From: the human T2T-CHM13v2.0 reference genome, Homo sapiens
Assembly: GCF_009914755.1 (NCBI RefSeq)
Contig: NC_060940.1
DNA length: 64,000 bases
Reading direction: 5' to 3' (one strand)
Shown here: in pieces, positions 46,895 to 64,000 of the stretch
Layout: every line of letters starts with the position of its first letter
Numbering within the stretch: position 1 is the stretch's first letter
The notes under the pieces: generated by a model
Seen by the model: the letters and a program-made list of their open reading frames with translations, nothing else
Told to the model about the DNA's origin: nothing
Databases searched by the model: none
Program-made: the position numbers and the translations under genes

Positions 46895-46977
46895 TGATCC
46901 ACCTGCCTCGGCCTCCCAAAGTGCTGGGATTACAGGCATGAGCTACTGTGCCCAGCCCCGCCCAGCTAATTTTTTAA

Positions 46978-47127
<150 letters not shown>

Positions 47128-47171
47128 TAAAAATACCAGATTTTTTTTTTTCTTTTTCTTTTTTTCTTTTC

Positions 47172-47202
<31 letters not shown>

Positions 47203-48544
47203 AAGACGGAATCTCGCTCTGTCGCCCAGGCGGGAGTGCAATGGCGCGATCTCACTGCAAGCTCACTGCAAGCTCCGCCTCTCGGGTTCATGCCATTCTC
47301 CTGCCTCAGCCTCCTGGTAGCTGGGACTACAGGCGCCCGCCACCACGCCCGGCTAATTTTTTTTGTATTTTTAGTAGAGATGGGGTTTCACCATGTTAGC
47401 CAGAATGGACTCCATCTCCTAACCTCATGATCCACCTGCCTCTGCCTCCCAAAGTGCTGGGATTACAGGCGTGAGCGATCGCACCCAGCCTCTTTTTCTT
47501 TACGTAAATTCTGTTTCCTCCAGGATTACTTTTCTTTTCTTTTTCTTTTTTTTTTAAATTTTTTTGAATGTACTTAGGATGCATTTGGCTACAAATAACT
47601 AAACATCCGACTTACAGGAAGCTCACAGAAGGGGGTGGCTGGGATTCAGGGCCCCTTGATCAGGCATTTGCGATGCCTTGGGATCCCATGCTCTTCCTCC
47701 CATTCCTCCTCTGCAATCCTGCAATGTTTCCATCCTGGGGCCAGTTCCTCTCAGAGTTACAGGATGTATCCTTAATCATGGCTTGTGGGAGGCAGAAGTT
47801 ACTGCCCCCGGGTTCTCTTTTAATTAAAAGGAAGAAGCCTTTCTTAGAAGCCTCCCTTCCTTTTATCTTAGTGGCTAGAACTGGGGCATGTACCCTTTCC
47901 TAATGCAATCGTGGGCAGAAGGGGAGTGGTTACTTTAGACTGGTCAGACTTTGCTGGAGCTGAAGAAGGAAGGGGTCAGTGCCCAGGATGTGTATGCTGG
48001 TGGGCACCTGAACAAACTGGGGTACTTTTAGGAAAGAAGGAGGCAGAATGGATGATGGGGTTGGTTTATCTTGGTGCTTTCCTTTCATGTTGCAGGGTTT
48101 CTTTGAATGTTGTTGATATTTCTTCCAGGCGTGACGGCTCATGCCTGTAATCCCAGCAGTTTGGGAGGCCGAGGTGGGTGGAATCTCTTGCGCTCAGGAG
48201 TTCCAGACCAGCCTGGGCAATATAGGGAGACCTCTGTCTCTACAAAAATTAGCCAGGCGTAGCGGTGTGCACCTCCCAGTTTTGCTGGGAGGATTACTTG
48301 AGCCCAGGAAGTTGAGTTGAGGCTGTAGTGAGCTGTGGTCTCACCACTGTATTCCAGCCTGGGTGACAGAGTAAAACCCTGTCTCAAAAAAAAAAAAAAA
48401 AAAAAGGTTGATATTTCTTTCAAGTCCCATCATACTTCAGAGTGAGCCAATAAGAGGCTGACTGGGGCTTTTGGTACCAGAGTAGAGCTTTCCAACTTGA
48501 GGGTTGGACTTTCATATCAAGTGTGAGAATAAACTAAAGACCTA

Positions 48545-48910
<366 letters not shown>

Positions 48911-49098
48911 TTAAGAGGGTAAATCACAAAAGAGAAGGGTGCAGACTACAGGAAATAGGAGATCCCACCCAAGAGAGAAATAACCACTGGTCCCAAGATG
49001 TAGCAGTGTAGCAACAGGGAGTGGGAGGGGAGAAGGAAGGTCACACTGGAGCAAGGAATTAGTGAAGCAATTAGAAACTCTAGGTAAAATTAAAAGAG

Positions 49099-49581
<483 letters not shown>

Positions 49582-49640
49582 TAGCTCACTGCAGTCTTGA
49601 ACTTCTGGGCTCAAGTGATTGTCCCGTCTCAGCCTCCTGA

Positions 49641-49841
<201 letters not shown>

Positions 49842-49899
49842 TAATAGTTTTCCATTTTAGACTCAAACTCTGGACCAGACAGCACTGATCTTGACTATC

Positions 49900-50092
49900 T
49901 GAGGTGATAGAAATAGCCTTTATCTGTGTTATTTGATTTGATAGCTACTAGCCACATGTGGTTTCTGAACACACTTGAAATGTAACTAGCTAGTTGCAAC
50001 TGAGGGAACTAGGTTTTAAATCTCATTAAATTTTAATTAAGTTAAAGTAGTCTCCTGTGGCCAGTGGCTTCTACATTAGGCAATGCAGCTCT
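49900..50092. mobile_element. MER3/MER33-like hAT DNA transposon remnant
   Basis: tagctactagccacatgtgg..cacttgaaatgtaactag..tgtggccagtggcttctacattagg. Confidence 0.6.
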
Positions 50093-50590
50093 AAGCAAGA
50101 TGAAAGAGAGAATGCCAATATTATCTACATTTAACAACATAAAAGTAAATGTACAGGTAACAGAAATGAGCAGAAGAGAGATAAAGGAAAGCCACTATCT
50201 TCATGTCACAAAGTGATAAGAATTTAGGCCAGAAGCTGTGGCTCATGCCTGTAATCTCAGTACTTTTGGAGGCCGAGGCAAGGAGGATCGCTTGAGCCCA
50301 GGAATTCAAGACCAGCCTGGGCAACATAATGAGATCCCTGTCTCTACAAAAAAAATTAAAAATTAGCTGGGCATGATGGTGCACACCTGTAGTCCCAGCT
50401 ACTCAGGAGGCTGAGGTAGGATTGCTTGGGCCCAGGAGTTCGAGGGTGCTCATCTCTTTAAAAATAAGTAAATAGGTCAGGTGAGGTGGCTCATGCCTAT
50501 AATCCCAGCACTTTGAGAGGCTAAGGTGGACGGATTGCTTGAGCCCAGGAAATTGATCTCAGCCTGGGCAACAGCGAAACAATGTCTCTA

Positions 50591-51079
<489 letters not shown>

Positions 51080-51470
51080 TCATACATAACTACGTAAATA
51101 AAGTTACAAAAGCAACTTTAGTTCGTTACAAAGGACCTGAAGAGAGGGATTTAACTGACCTGCAAGGTGGAATGGGGCTGGAGCAGGGCCAGTGGGTCAG
51201 ACACCTATGATTATGCCAGGCAAAATGGATACATGAAGAAATAAAGTTATAGCATCTCCATGTAGTAATAGAAAAAAAAAAGGAATAACGAAATTAGCAC
51301 ACTTTTTGGGAATGTGGACCCACCAGTAGAATTGAGACTAGAAAAAGTTAAAAGCATTAGAAGTGTTCTCTTTCTGAGATCATGACTTGTTGGGGAAAGG
51401 GAAGACTTATTGTTCATGACAAACACTTCTGTGCTTATAACATGCATTAGCTTAGGAAACAGCACTTTTC

Positions 51471-51503
<33 letters not shown>

Positions 51504-51976
51504 GAGACAAGGTCTTGCTCTGTCGCCCAGGCTGGAATGCATGTTGCGATCTCGGCTCACTGCAACCTCTGCCTCCTGGGCTCAAGCGATCCTTCCACCT
51601 TGGCCTCCCAAGGCGCTGGGCGCTGGGATTACAGGCATGGGCCACCGTGCCCGGCCTGGTGCTTTTCAGTGAATAAATAAGTATGTAAACTTCTCTTTTC
51701 TGACTAGACGGAAATTCCCCAGAGGACAAGGGTGGCGTGACTTGTCAGTCCTTTTCATTGACAGCGCTGTGGATGGGAAGAAAGGGCCCCTGGTCCCAAG
51801 CAAGCCCCAGTCCTGTGGCCCTGGAGGATCAGAAGGGTAATTAAGTGTCAAAGGAAAACATAGCCAGACATGAGTTACTGTGGTGAAAACAGATTTTATT
51901 CAGTAACTACTCGTGGTAGGAGAAAGAGCTGAGCTCCATTCTGATTTGTGCAGAGGTGATTTAGGCATTTAATTAG

Positions 51977-52498
<522 letters not shown>

Positions 52499-53744
52499 TA
52501 ACACCAGCTAGTCCTTATCAGGCTTTGACTGTGGGCCCCTCACCTGTCTAACTTATCCTTCCCAGGAACTTTGAAGAATACTATTATTATTCCTATTTTG
52601 CAAATGAAGAAACTGAGGCAGATTAAATGCCTGACCCAAGGCCATCCAGACGGCAGGCGATGCAGGCAGGAGTCAAGCTCAGGTACCCCTCCCCTTCTGT
52701 GGCTTCCCTGCCTCCAGGCTTCTGCCAGCCCCTGTCTACCTTGGTGTAGGAGCGGCCCCTCAAAGACCTGCAGGGAGCCGGGCACGGTGGCGCACGCCTA
52801 TAATCTCAGCACTTTGGGAGGCTGAGGTGGGCGTATCATGAAACCCTGTCTCTACTAAAAATACAGAAATTAGCCGGGTGTAGTGGTGGGCACCTATGAT
52901 CCCAGCTACTCAGAAGGCTGAGGCAGGAGGAACGCTTGAGAACCCCAGAGGCGGAGGTTGCAGTGAGCCAAGATCGAGCCACTGCACTCCAGCCTGGACG
53001 ACAGAGCGAGACTCCATCTCAAAAAAAAAAAAAACCTGTAGAGGGAAGGAGGAACTGGGGCCTGGGGAGGGCAGAGCTATTATCTCAGGAGAAGCAGGCA
53101 AACCTCTGGTGACCTCTGATGACCTCAGGGCAGGATGGGCAGGCCTTCACAACAGCTCCAGGCACACCCAGCCTCCCGTCCCTGGCCTCATCACTCCCCT
53201 CTCTGCCCTCCACCCTTTGGCCTCCTTGCCTTTGTCCACAGTTCTGCAGCCTGATACCCTCTTCCTTGTCTCAACCAGAGAAGTCTTCAGTCAATAAACG
53301 TCATCCAATGCCTACTGTGTGTCAAGCACTTCCTGGGTGCTGGGGCACTGTGCAAGCACACACGCACAGCTGTGAGGCCATGGGGCTGGCATTCCAGTGT
53401 GGGGAGAGCGACGGAAGCAAAATAAGAAAGTCCATTACATGGCGCATTTGAAGGCGCGAAGTGCTATGGGGAGAAAGCAAGGAGGGGGGTTACAGTCCAG
53501 AGGGAGGGGGGTGCGATTTTTTTTTTTTTTCCAGACGGAGTCTTGCTCTGTCACCCAGGCTGGAGTGCAGTGGCGTGATCTTGCAAACTCCGCCGCCTGG
53601 GTTCACGCCATTCTTCTGCCTCAGCCTCCTGAGTAGCTGGGACTGCAGGCACCCGCCACCATGTCCGGCTAATTTTTTGTATTTTTAGTATAGACAGGGT
53701 TTCACCGTGTTAGCCAGGATGGTCTTGATCTCCTGACCTTGTGA

Positions 53745-54735
<991 letters not shown>

Positions 54736-55264
54736 CTAAAACAAACAAATAAGTAAGTAAATAGGTTGGCCAGGCAAAGCCATCCTGAGAAGGTGACATT
54801 TGAGCAAAGACTGAGAAAGCAGCCAAGCAACATCTGGGTGGGGAGCCCTGGGGCAGCCACCACAGATGGCGCAAAGGCCCTGGGCTTGCTTTCTCCAGGG
54901 ACACATCAGAGGTCCGGGTGGCAAGGGCGTGGATGGCAGGGCCATGGGTGGAAGGGCAGAAGCAACGTGGATAAGAGAGGTAGGCAGGGGTCAGATCGGA
55001 TGTGGCCAACTTGGCTTCTACCCTGAGTGGGGTGGGAGTGGTCTCAGGGCTCCAAGCAGAGGAGGGGTGGGGTCAGATGTTTCATCTGGGTCCCTCTGGC
55101 TGCTGTGTGGAAAACAGCCCGGAGGAGGATGAGATCTCACACAGGGAGACCAGAGCTGAGATGACTGCACCAGTCCAGGCCAGAGAAGACAGAGGCTCAG
55201 GCCAGTAGGCAGCAGTGACGGGGCGAAGAGGGATCAGATTCTGGATCTTTCTCTCTCTCTCTCT

Positions 55265-55300
<36 letters not shown>

Positions 55301-55559
55301 GACAAGGTATCACTGTGTTACCCAGGGTGGAGTACAGTGGCGAAATCATAGCTCACTGCAGCCTTGAACTCCTGAACTCAAGCGATCCCTTCTCCTGAGT
55401 CTCCCAAAGTCCTGGGATTACAGGAGTGAGCCACTGTGCCCAGGGCAGGTTATACATTTTTTTTGGGAACACCACAGAAGCCAAGCACAGTGGCTCATGC
55501 CTGTAATCCCAGGACTTCTGGAGGCGAAGATGAGAGGATTGCTTGAGCCCAGGAGTTCA

Positions 55560-55851
<292 letters not shown>

Positions 55852-56116
55852 TCACTGCACTCCAGCCAGGGTGACCATGCCCAGCCAACTATGTAAATAT
55901 CCTATACACACACACTCTTCTGATTTCACCAATGGTTTTAACACTCACTCTTACCTGAATCCATTATTATTATATTGGTTATGTTTATCATTTTTTAAAT
56001 TCTACATTCCTTTTACAATTGTTAGCTTTCCTACAGTAAAATAACTTTCCAGTGGCCGGGCACAGTGGCTCATGCCTGTAATCCCAGCACTTTGGGAGGC
56101 CGAGGCAGGTGAATCA

Positions 56117-56767
<651 letters not shown>

Positions 56768-57350
56768 TAATTAAAACAATTAAATAGAGATGGGGTTCTC
56801 TGTCTGTTGCCCAGGTTGGTCTTCAACTCCTGGGCTCAAGCAATCCTCCTGTCTCGGGCTCCCGAAGTGCTGGGATTACAGGAGTGAGTCACCACGCCCA
56901 GCCTAAGTATTGCTCTTCTGTGATGATTTGCAGGCAACAATCACCTCTTGTTCATATTTTCATTATCTTTCCCTCCACCCCGAGCCTATAGTCTGTCTTG
57001 GTCAGACCCCATTTCTTGAGTGCACCAGGCTGGAGTTTGGACCCATCCACATCCTCGCAGCTCTCCTGAGTTGGGGCCCAACATCTGGCTTGGGGAACAG
57101 ACAGCTTTGCCGACAGCAGTAACAATTTGGTTGAAATGATAACTTTGTCAAAAATGAATTTTGCCTTAGTGTTTTTTTAAAGGTTGAGAATCTTGTACAT
57201 TCTTACAACATTTCTATTTTCTACAGTTAAAAAACTGTAGGCTGGGTGCAGTGACTCACTCCTGTAATCCCAGCACTTTGGGAGGCCAAGGTGGGTGGAT
57301 TGCTTGAGTCCAAGGGTTCGAGACCAGCTAGGCAACATAGCAAAATATTA

Positions 57351-57723
<373 letters not shown>

Positions 57724-57764
57724 TTACAGGAGTGAACCACTGCGTGAGCCTGGTTTCTTTTCTT

Positions 57765-57865
57765 TCCCCTCCCTCCCTTCCTTCCTTCCTTCCTTCCATC
57801 CGTCCTTCCTTCCTTCCCTCCTTCTCTCCTCTTTCACTCTACCTCTTTCTTTTCTTCTTTTTTCT
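57765..57865. repeat. (CCTT)n polypyrimidine microsatellite
   Basis: Directly visible. Confidence 0.85.
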
Positions 57866-58064
57866 GGCTTGTTAAAACAGAAATACATAATAATTATAGT
57901 GAAATAAACTAGGGTATTTACTGCAGCAGTTAGTAATAATGAAATGTTGGAAAACAATCTAATGTTCATCCGTAGGGAATATTTAAAATATAGTGTATTT
58001 CTGCCGGGCGCGGTGGCTCACGCCTGTAATCCCAGCACTTTGGGAGGCCGAGGCAGGTGGATCA

Positions 58065-58286
<222 letters not shown>

Positions 58287-58387
58287 TTAAAAATAAATAA
58301 ATAAATAAAATATAGTGTATTTCTGGCCGGGCGCGGTGGCTCACTCATGTAATCCCGGCACTTTGGGATGCTGAGGCTGGCAGATCA

Positions 58388-59016
<629 letters not shown>

Positions 59017-59444
59017 TAGTAGAGACGGGGTTTCACCATGTTGGCCAAGCTGGTCTCGAACTCCTGACCTCAGGTGATCTGCCTGCCTCGGCCTTCCAAA
59101 GTGCTGGGCTTACAGGCATGGGCCACCGTGCCCAGCCGTTTATATGTATTAACTCTTAATCATCAAAACAAACTATGTGGTATTACCATAATTATCGCCA
59201 TTTATACAAAGCAACAGAGGGATAAGGAGATTAAGGCACTTGCCCAAGTGCAAGAGGTAGGACAGGAACCCAGAGTCCCGTGCTGGTAGCTGCTTTTCTG
59301 TGCACTTAACATTATCTCATTTAATTCTTGCAGTCACTTCATGAAGAAGGTGGCGGTCCTAGGGCATTGGAGAAGTTATGTGCTTGTTCAAGGTCATGCA
59401 GCTGGAAGATGGTGGTGGTAGGACAGGAAGTCTGTAGGGCCTGA

Positions 59445-59696
<252 letters not shown>

Positions 59697-61039
59697 TGAG
59701 CACACCCGAGGGATGAAGACACGTCTCCCTGTGGGAACCTGGGCTTACCAGGGCCCCTAGAGGAGGGGAATCTCTCAAGCTCAGAGCTCTATGGCTGCGG
59801 TGCAGGCCCACTGTGTGCATGGTGTCAGTCTGGGCCCTTCCATGTTGCCCCCGTGGGACTTGGGGTAAGGGGAACTGATGCAAACATCACGCTGCTGTTG
59901 CTTGGTGTGAGCAATTAATTCCTGTGGCTCTCACCCAGGAGTCTCATGTCTTTGGGTCAGACAAACTCATCAGCTTGTAGAAATGGCACAGTCCCACGGG
60001 CCTGTTAGAATCTTCTATTGTGCACATGTTGCTCTTAAAATATACAAATCAGTTTTGATTTTAAAAAATTATTTATTTTTTTAGTGATAGGAGTTTTGCT
60101 ACGTTGCCCAGGCTGGTTTCAAACTCTTGGGCTCAGGAGGTCCTCCCACTTTGGCCTGGACTGCCAGCATAATGTATCACCACACCCGGGACTGATTTTC
60201 GTTTTTCAAGAACAAAAACCAAAAACATACACAAACCGAGAGTCAAAGCTTGCTAATTAGAGGAAAGTCAGGAAATGGGAACCATTCAAAGAAGAAAATA
60301 CCCCCACCTCCTACTCTCACCTATCCAAAGACAATTAGGTGAATCCCTTAGTAGATATCTTTCCAGACGGTTTTCCATATAGATTCCCATATCTGGCCAG
60401 GCGCGGTGGCTCACACCTGTAATCCTAGCGCTTGGGGAGGCTGAGGCGGATGGACCACCTGAGGTCAGGAGTTCGAGACCAGCCTGACCAACATGGAGAA
60501 ACCTCGTCTCTACGAAAAATACAAAATTAGCCGGGCACAGTGGTGCAAGCCTGTAATCCCAGCTACTCAGGAGGCCGAGGCAGGAGAATTGCTTGAACCT
60601 AGGAGGCAGACATTGTGCTGAGCCGAGCCAAGATCATGCCATTGCACTAAACTCCGCCTTAAAAAAAAAAAAAAAGATTCCCACATCTTTACTAGTTTGC
60701 AGAAATAAGATCCTAGCATATGCAGTGTGTAGGAACCACCTTGGTTTAGCCACGTCTCTGTGACTGGGGGCCACTGTGGTGACCCCCAGCTCCCCGGACA
60801 GAGTCAAGAGCTCACCAGCCTGCAAAGGTTTTCACGGCCCCCAGCCAGACTCGGGGGCTTCCTCTTGCCCTGCTACTTCCTGGGAGCTCTGAGGGCAGGA
60901 AATGGCGCCACTCAGCTCCTGGCCTAACAGCTTGGGGACCACAAATGCAAAGGAAACCACCCTCCCCTCCCACCTCCTCCTCTGCACCCTTGAGTTCTCA
61001 GGCTCACATTCCCACCACCCACCTCTGAGCCCAGCCCTC

Positions 61040-61123
61040 CCTAGCATCACCACTTCCATCCCATTCCTCAGCCAAGAGCCAGGAATCCTGATTCCAGATC
61101 CCACGCTTCCCTGCCTCCCTCAG
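61040..61123 (+). other. SPN: SPN distal alternative non-coding first exon (5' boundary approximate)
   Basis: Strong donor CAG|GTGAGC after 61123; SPN is known to have two 5'-UTR variants. Confidence 0.6.
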
Positions 61124-61236
61124 GTGAGCCCCAGACCCCCAGGCACCCCGCTGGCCCCTGAAGGAGCAGGTGATGGTGCTGTCTTCGCCCAGCAGCTGTG
61201 GGAGCAGGCGGGTGGGGCAGGATGGAGGGGTGGGTG

Positions 61237-61264
61237 GGGTGGGTGGAGCCAGGGCCCACTTCCT
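61237..61264 (+). promoter_or_regulatory. SPN: TATA-less SPN core promoter: Sp1 GT-box and ETS site
   Basis: GGGTGGGTGGAGCC 61237-61250, 53-40 nt upstream of Inr-like CCAGTCT; CACTTCCT ~61257-61264. Confidence 0.75.
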
Positions 61265-61289
61265 TTCCCCTTGGGGCCCTGTCCTTCCC

Positions 61290-61359
61290 AGTCTTGCCCC
61301 AGCCTCGGGAGGTGGTGGAGTGACCTGGCCCCAGTGCTGCGTCCTTATCAGCCGAGCCG
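61290..61359 (+). other. SPN: SPN proximal non-coding exon 1 (70 nt)
   Basis: Inr-like start; donor CCG|GTAAGA; 378-nt intron 61360-61737 ending in pyrimidine tract and CTGCAG. Confidence 0.8.
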
Positions 61360-61771
61360 GTAAGAGGGTGAGACTTGGTGGGGTAGGGGCCTCAGTGGGC
61401 CTGGGAATGTGCCTGTGGCTTGAAAAGACTCTGACAGGTTATGATGGGAAGAGATTGGGAGCCATTGGGCTGCACAGGGTCAGGGAAGGCCAGGAGGGGC
61501 TGGTCACTGCTGGAATCTAAGCTGCTGAGGCTGGAGGGAGCCTCAGGATGGGGCTGATGGGGGAGCTGCCAGCATCTGTTCCTCTGTCATTTCTGATAAC
61601 AGTAAAAGCCAGCATGGAAAAAACCGTTAAACCGCAGGTTGGGCCTGGCCGTTGGCAGGGAAGTGGGCAGAGGGGAGGCCCGGCCAGGTCCTCCGGCAAC
61701 TCCCGCGTGTTCTGCTTCTCCGGCTGCCCACCTGCAGGTCCCAGCTCTTGCTCCTGCCTGTTTGCCTGGAA

Positions 61772-62974
61772 ATGGCCACGCTTCTCCTTCTCCTTGGGGT
61801 GCTGGTGGTAAGCCCAGACGCTCTGGGGAGCACAACAGCAGTGCAGACACCCACCTCCGGAGAGCCTTTGGTCTCTACTAGCGAGCCCCTGAGCTCAAAG
61901 ATGTACACCACTTCAATAACAAGTGACCCTAAGGCCGACAGCACTGGGGACCAGACCTCAGCCCTACCTCCCTCAACTTCCATCAATGAGGGATCCCCTC
62001 TTTGGACTTCCATTGGTGCCAGCACTGGTTCCCCTTTACCTGAGCCAACAACCTACCAGGAAGTTTCCATCAAGATGTCATCAGTGCCCCAGGAAACCCC
62101 TCATGCAACCAGTCATCCTGCTGTTCCCATAACAGCAAACTCTCTAGGATCCCACACCGTGACAGGTGGAACCATAACAACGAACTCTCCAGAAACCTCC
62201 AGTAGGACCAGTGGAGCCCCTGTTACCACGGCAGCTAGCTCTCTGGAGACCTCCAGAGGCACCTCTGGACCCCCTCTTACCATGGCAACTGTCTCTCTGG
62301 AGACTTCCAAAGGCACCTCTGGACCCCCTGTTACCATGGCAACTGACTCTCTGGAGACCTCCACTGGGACCACTGGACCCCCTGTTACCATGACAACTGG
62401 CTCTCTGGAGCCCTCCAGCGGGGCCAGTGGACCCCAGGTCTCTAGCGTAAAACTATCTACAATGATGTCTCCAACGACCTCCACCAACGCAAGCACTGTG
62501 CCCTTCCGGAACCCAGATGAGAACTCACGAGGCATGCTGCCAGTGGCTGTGCTTGTGGCCCTGCTGGCGGTCATAGTCCTCGTGGCTCTGCTCCTGCTGT
62601 GGCGCCGGCGGCAGAAGCGGCGGACTGGGGCCCTCGTGCTGAGCAGAGGCGGCAAGCGTAACGGGGTGGTGGACGCCTGGGCTGGGCCAGCCCAGGTCCC
62701 TGAGGAGGGGGCCGTGACAGTGACCGTGGGAGGGTCCGGGGGCGACAAGGGCTCTGGGTTCCCCGATGGGGAGGGGTCTAGCCGTCGGCCCACGCTCACC
62801 ACTTTCTTTGGCAGACGGAAGTCTCGCCAGGGCTCCCTGGCGATGGAGGAGCTGAAGTCTGGGTCAGGCCCCAGCCTCAAAGGGGAGGAGGAGCCACTGG
62901 TGGCCAGTGAGGATGGGGCTGTGGACGCCCCAGCTCCTGATGAGCCCGAAGGGGGAGACGGGGCTGCCCCTTAA
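61772..62974 (+). CDS. SPN: Leukosialin / CD43 (sialophorin), 400 aa, CDS within one exon
   Basis: GAAATGG Kozak; signal peptide MATLLLLLGVLVVSPDALG; S/T/P-rich mucin ectodomain; TM GMLPVAVLVALLAVIVLVALLLL; RRRQKRR juxtamembrane motif; ends EGGDGAAP-TAA. Confidence 0.99.
   Translation: MATLLLLLGVLVVSPDALGSTTAVQTPTSGEPLVSTSEPLSSKMYTTSITSDPKADSTGDQTSALPPSTSINEGSPLWTSIGASTGSPLPEPTTYQEVSIKMSSVPQETPHATSHPAVPITANSLGSHTVTGGTITTNSPETSSRTSGAPVTTAASSLETSRGTSGPPLTMATVSLETSKGTSGPPVTMATDSLETSTGTTGPPVTMTTGSLEPSSGASGPQVSSVKLSTMMSPTTSTNASTVPFRNPDENSRGMLPVAVLVALLAVIVLVALLLLWRRRQKRRTGALVLSRGGKRNGVVDAWAGPAQVPEEGAVTVTVGGSGGDKGSGFPDGEGSSRRPTLTTFFGRRKSRQGSLAMEELKSGSGPSLKGEEEPLVASEDGAVDAPAPDEPEGGDGAAP
62174..62443 (+). 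repeat. SPN: Five 54-bp (18-aa) coding tandem repeats in CD43 ectodomain
   Basis: ITTNSPETSSRTSGAPVT / TAASSLETSRGTSGPPLT / MATVSLETSKGTSGPPVT / MATDSLETSTGTTGPPVT / MTTGSLEPSSGASGPQVS. Confidence 0.92.
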
Positions 62975-63100
62975 GTGTCGGTGAATAGTGAGGCTGGAGG
63001 CCGGAATCTCAGCCAGCCTCCAGCACCTTCCCTCTCACCATCCCACTGCCCCCTCGCTCCCATGTTTCCACCCGGCACCCTGATCCTCACCCGAATCTCC

Positions 63101-63395
63101 TTTTTTTTTTTCTTTTGAGACAGAGTTTCGCTTTGTCGCCCAGGCTGGAGTGCAATGCACGATCTCAGTTCACTGCAACCTCTGCCTCCTAAGTTCAGGC
63201 GATTCTCCTGCCTCAGCTTCCCGAGTAACTGAGATTACAGGCACCCACCACCATGCCCAGCTGCTTTTTTGTATTTTTGGTAGAGATGGGGTTTCACCAT
63301 GTTGGCTAGGCTGGTCTCAAACTCCTGACCTCAGGTGATCTACCTGCCTCAGCCTCCCAAAGTGCTGAGATTACAGACATGAGCCTCCGCGCCTT
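63101..63395 (-). mobile_element. Antisense AluS in the SPN 3' UTR
   Basis: Poly-T followed by reverse Alu consensus. Confidence 0.93.
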
Positions 63396-63535
63396 GCCTC
63401 CTCACCCACCTCTTCACTCTGAATCCTCATGAGGCTTCTCAGCCCTGGATTTCCTGCTGCCATCCTCACCCAGCACCCACAACTAGCGCCTGGGCAGGGC
63501 AGGGCTGGCACCTCTCAACGTCTGTGGACTGAATG

Positions 63536-63541
63536 AATAAA
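63536..63541 (+). terminator. SPN: SPN proximal poly(A) signal
   Basis: AATAAA followed by T/C-rich sequence; would give a ~1.9-kb mRNA. Confidence 0.75.
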
Positions 63542-64000
63542 CCCTCCTCATCCACCCCTATTTATCTCCATCACCATTTCCCCCTCTTTCTTGTTCCTGG
63601 AAACGGCTGCTGAGTCTCCATCGGCCAAACTTATCTGCCCTGTGATTTCTTTGACAATTCTCCTTTTCCCCCAGAACCCACCCTGGGTTGACCAGAGTCT
63701 GGGAAGAAGGACAAGAGAACCCGGCAAACTCCCTCCTAGGATTAACTTTGTAAAGCACCCTTGCCCTGTAGCTGCAAGGGCTGTGGAACCTGGGCAGCCC
63801 GCAACCACCTTTAGCTCTGGGCCCCCCAGGCCAGCCTGGAGCATGGCTGGGTGGGGCCACCAGCCCATGCTCTCAGGCGGGCCTGTGATCTTTCCCAGGG
63901 CACATGGACTGTAGGCTGGCCCTGGCCCACACCACCACACTCTCCCCAGCCATGGACAGAGGCAGCCAGAGGCCTCACGGTTTCTCCTCCGAGTTTCTGG

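Noticed and set aside
51848-51975. Possible ERV1 LTR fragment
   Set aside because: Resemblance too weak to assign without Dfam
61652-61771. 40-aa N-terminal extension of CD43 in the ORF track (440 aa)
   Set aside because: Starts at TTG inside the intron, upstream of the acceptor at 61737; ATG 61772 gives the signal peptide and the 400-aa protein
62113-62880. 255-aa antisense ORF over SPN
   Set aside because: Stop-poor shadow of a GC-rich repetitive CDS; no independent support

Overview
Human (primate) genomic DNA, extremely Alu-rich, recognisable as the 16p11.2 interval SLC7A5P1 - CA5AP1 - SPN. The left part (1 to ~35 kb, minus strand) is an unprocessed segmental copy of the 16q24 CA5A-SLC7A5 locus. 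It holds CA5A exons 3-7 (34373 to ~16715; canonical splice sites, one 2-nt frameshift in exon 4, exons 1-2 not seen). It then holds the SLC7A5/LAT1 CpG-island promoter, an open 538-nt coding exon 1 with intact GT donor, and ~11 kb of intron 1. About 35-60 kb is almost entirely interspersed repeats. The only clearly functional protein-coding gene is SPN (CD43/leukosialin; CDS 61772-62974, 400 aa), with two alternative non-coding first exons and a proximal poly(A) signal. Other elements: a 5'-truncated RPS10 retrocopy, a MER4-family solo LTR with TSD, an LTR22 (HML-5) with an unusual PBS-like extension, a 43-44-bp VNTR, and MaLR/L1/L2/MIR/hAT fragments. No prokaryotic-type system (CRISPR, operons, tRNA/rRNA) is present, and I cannot claim a wholly new system. 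The best lead is the SLC7A5P1 module: it keeps the LAT1 promoter and stress-response motifs, the 4F2hc-linking Cys164, and a candidate intronic poly(A) site. Comparisons with parent genes and repeat subfamily names are from memory and were not aligned.
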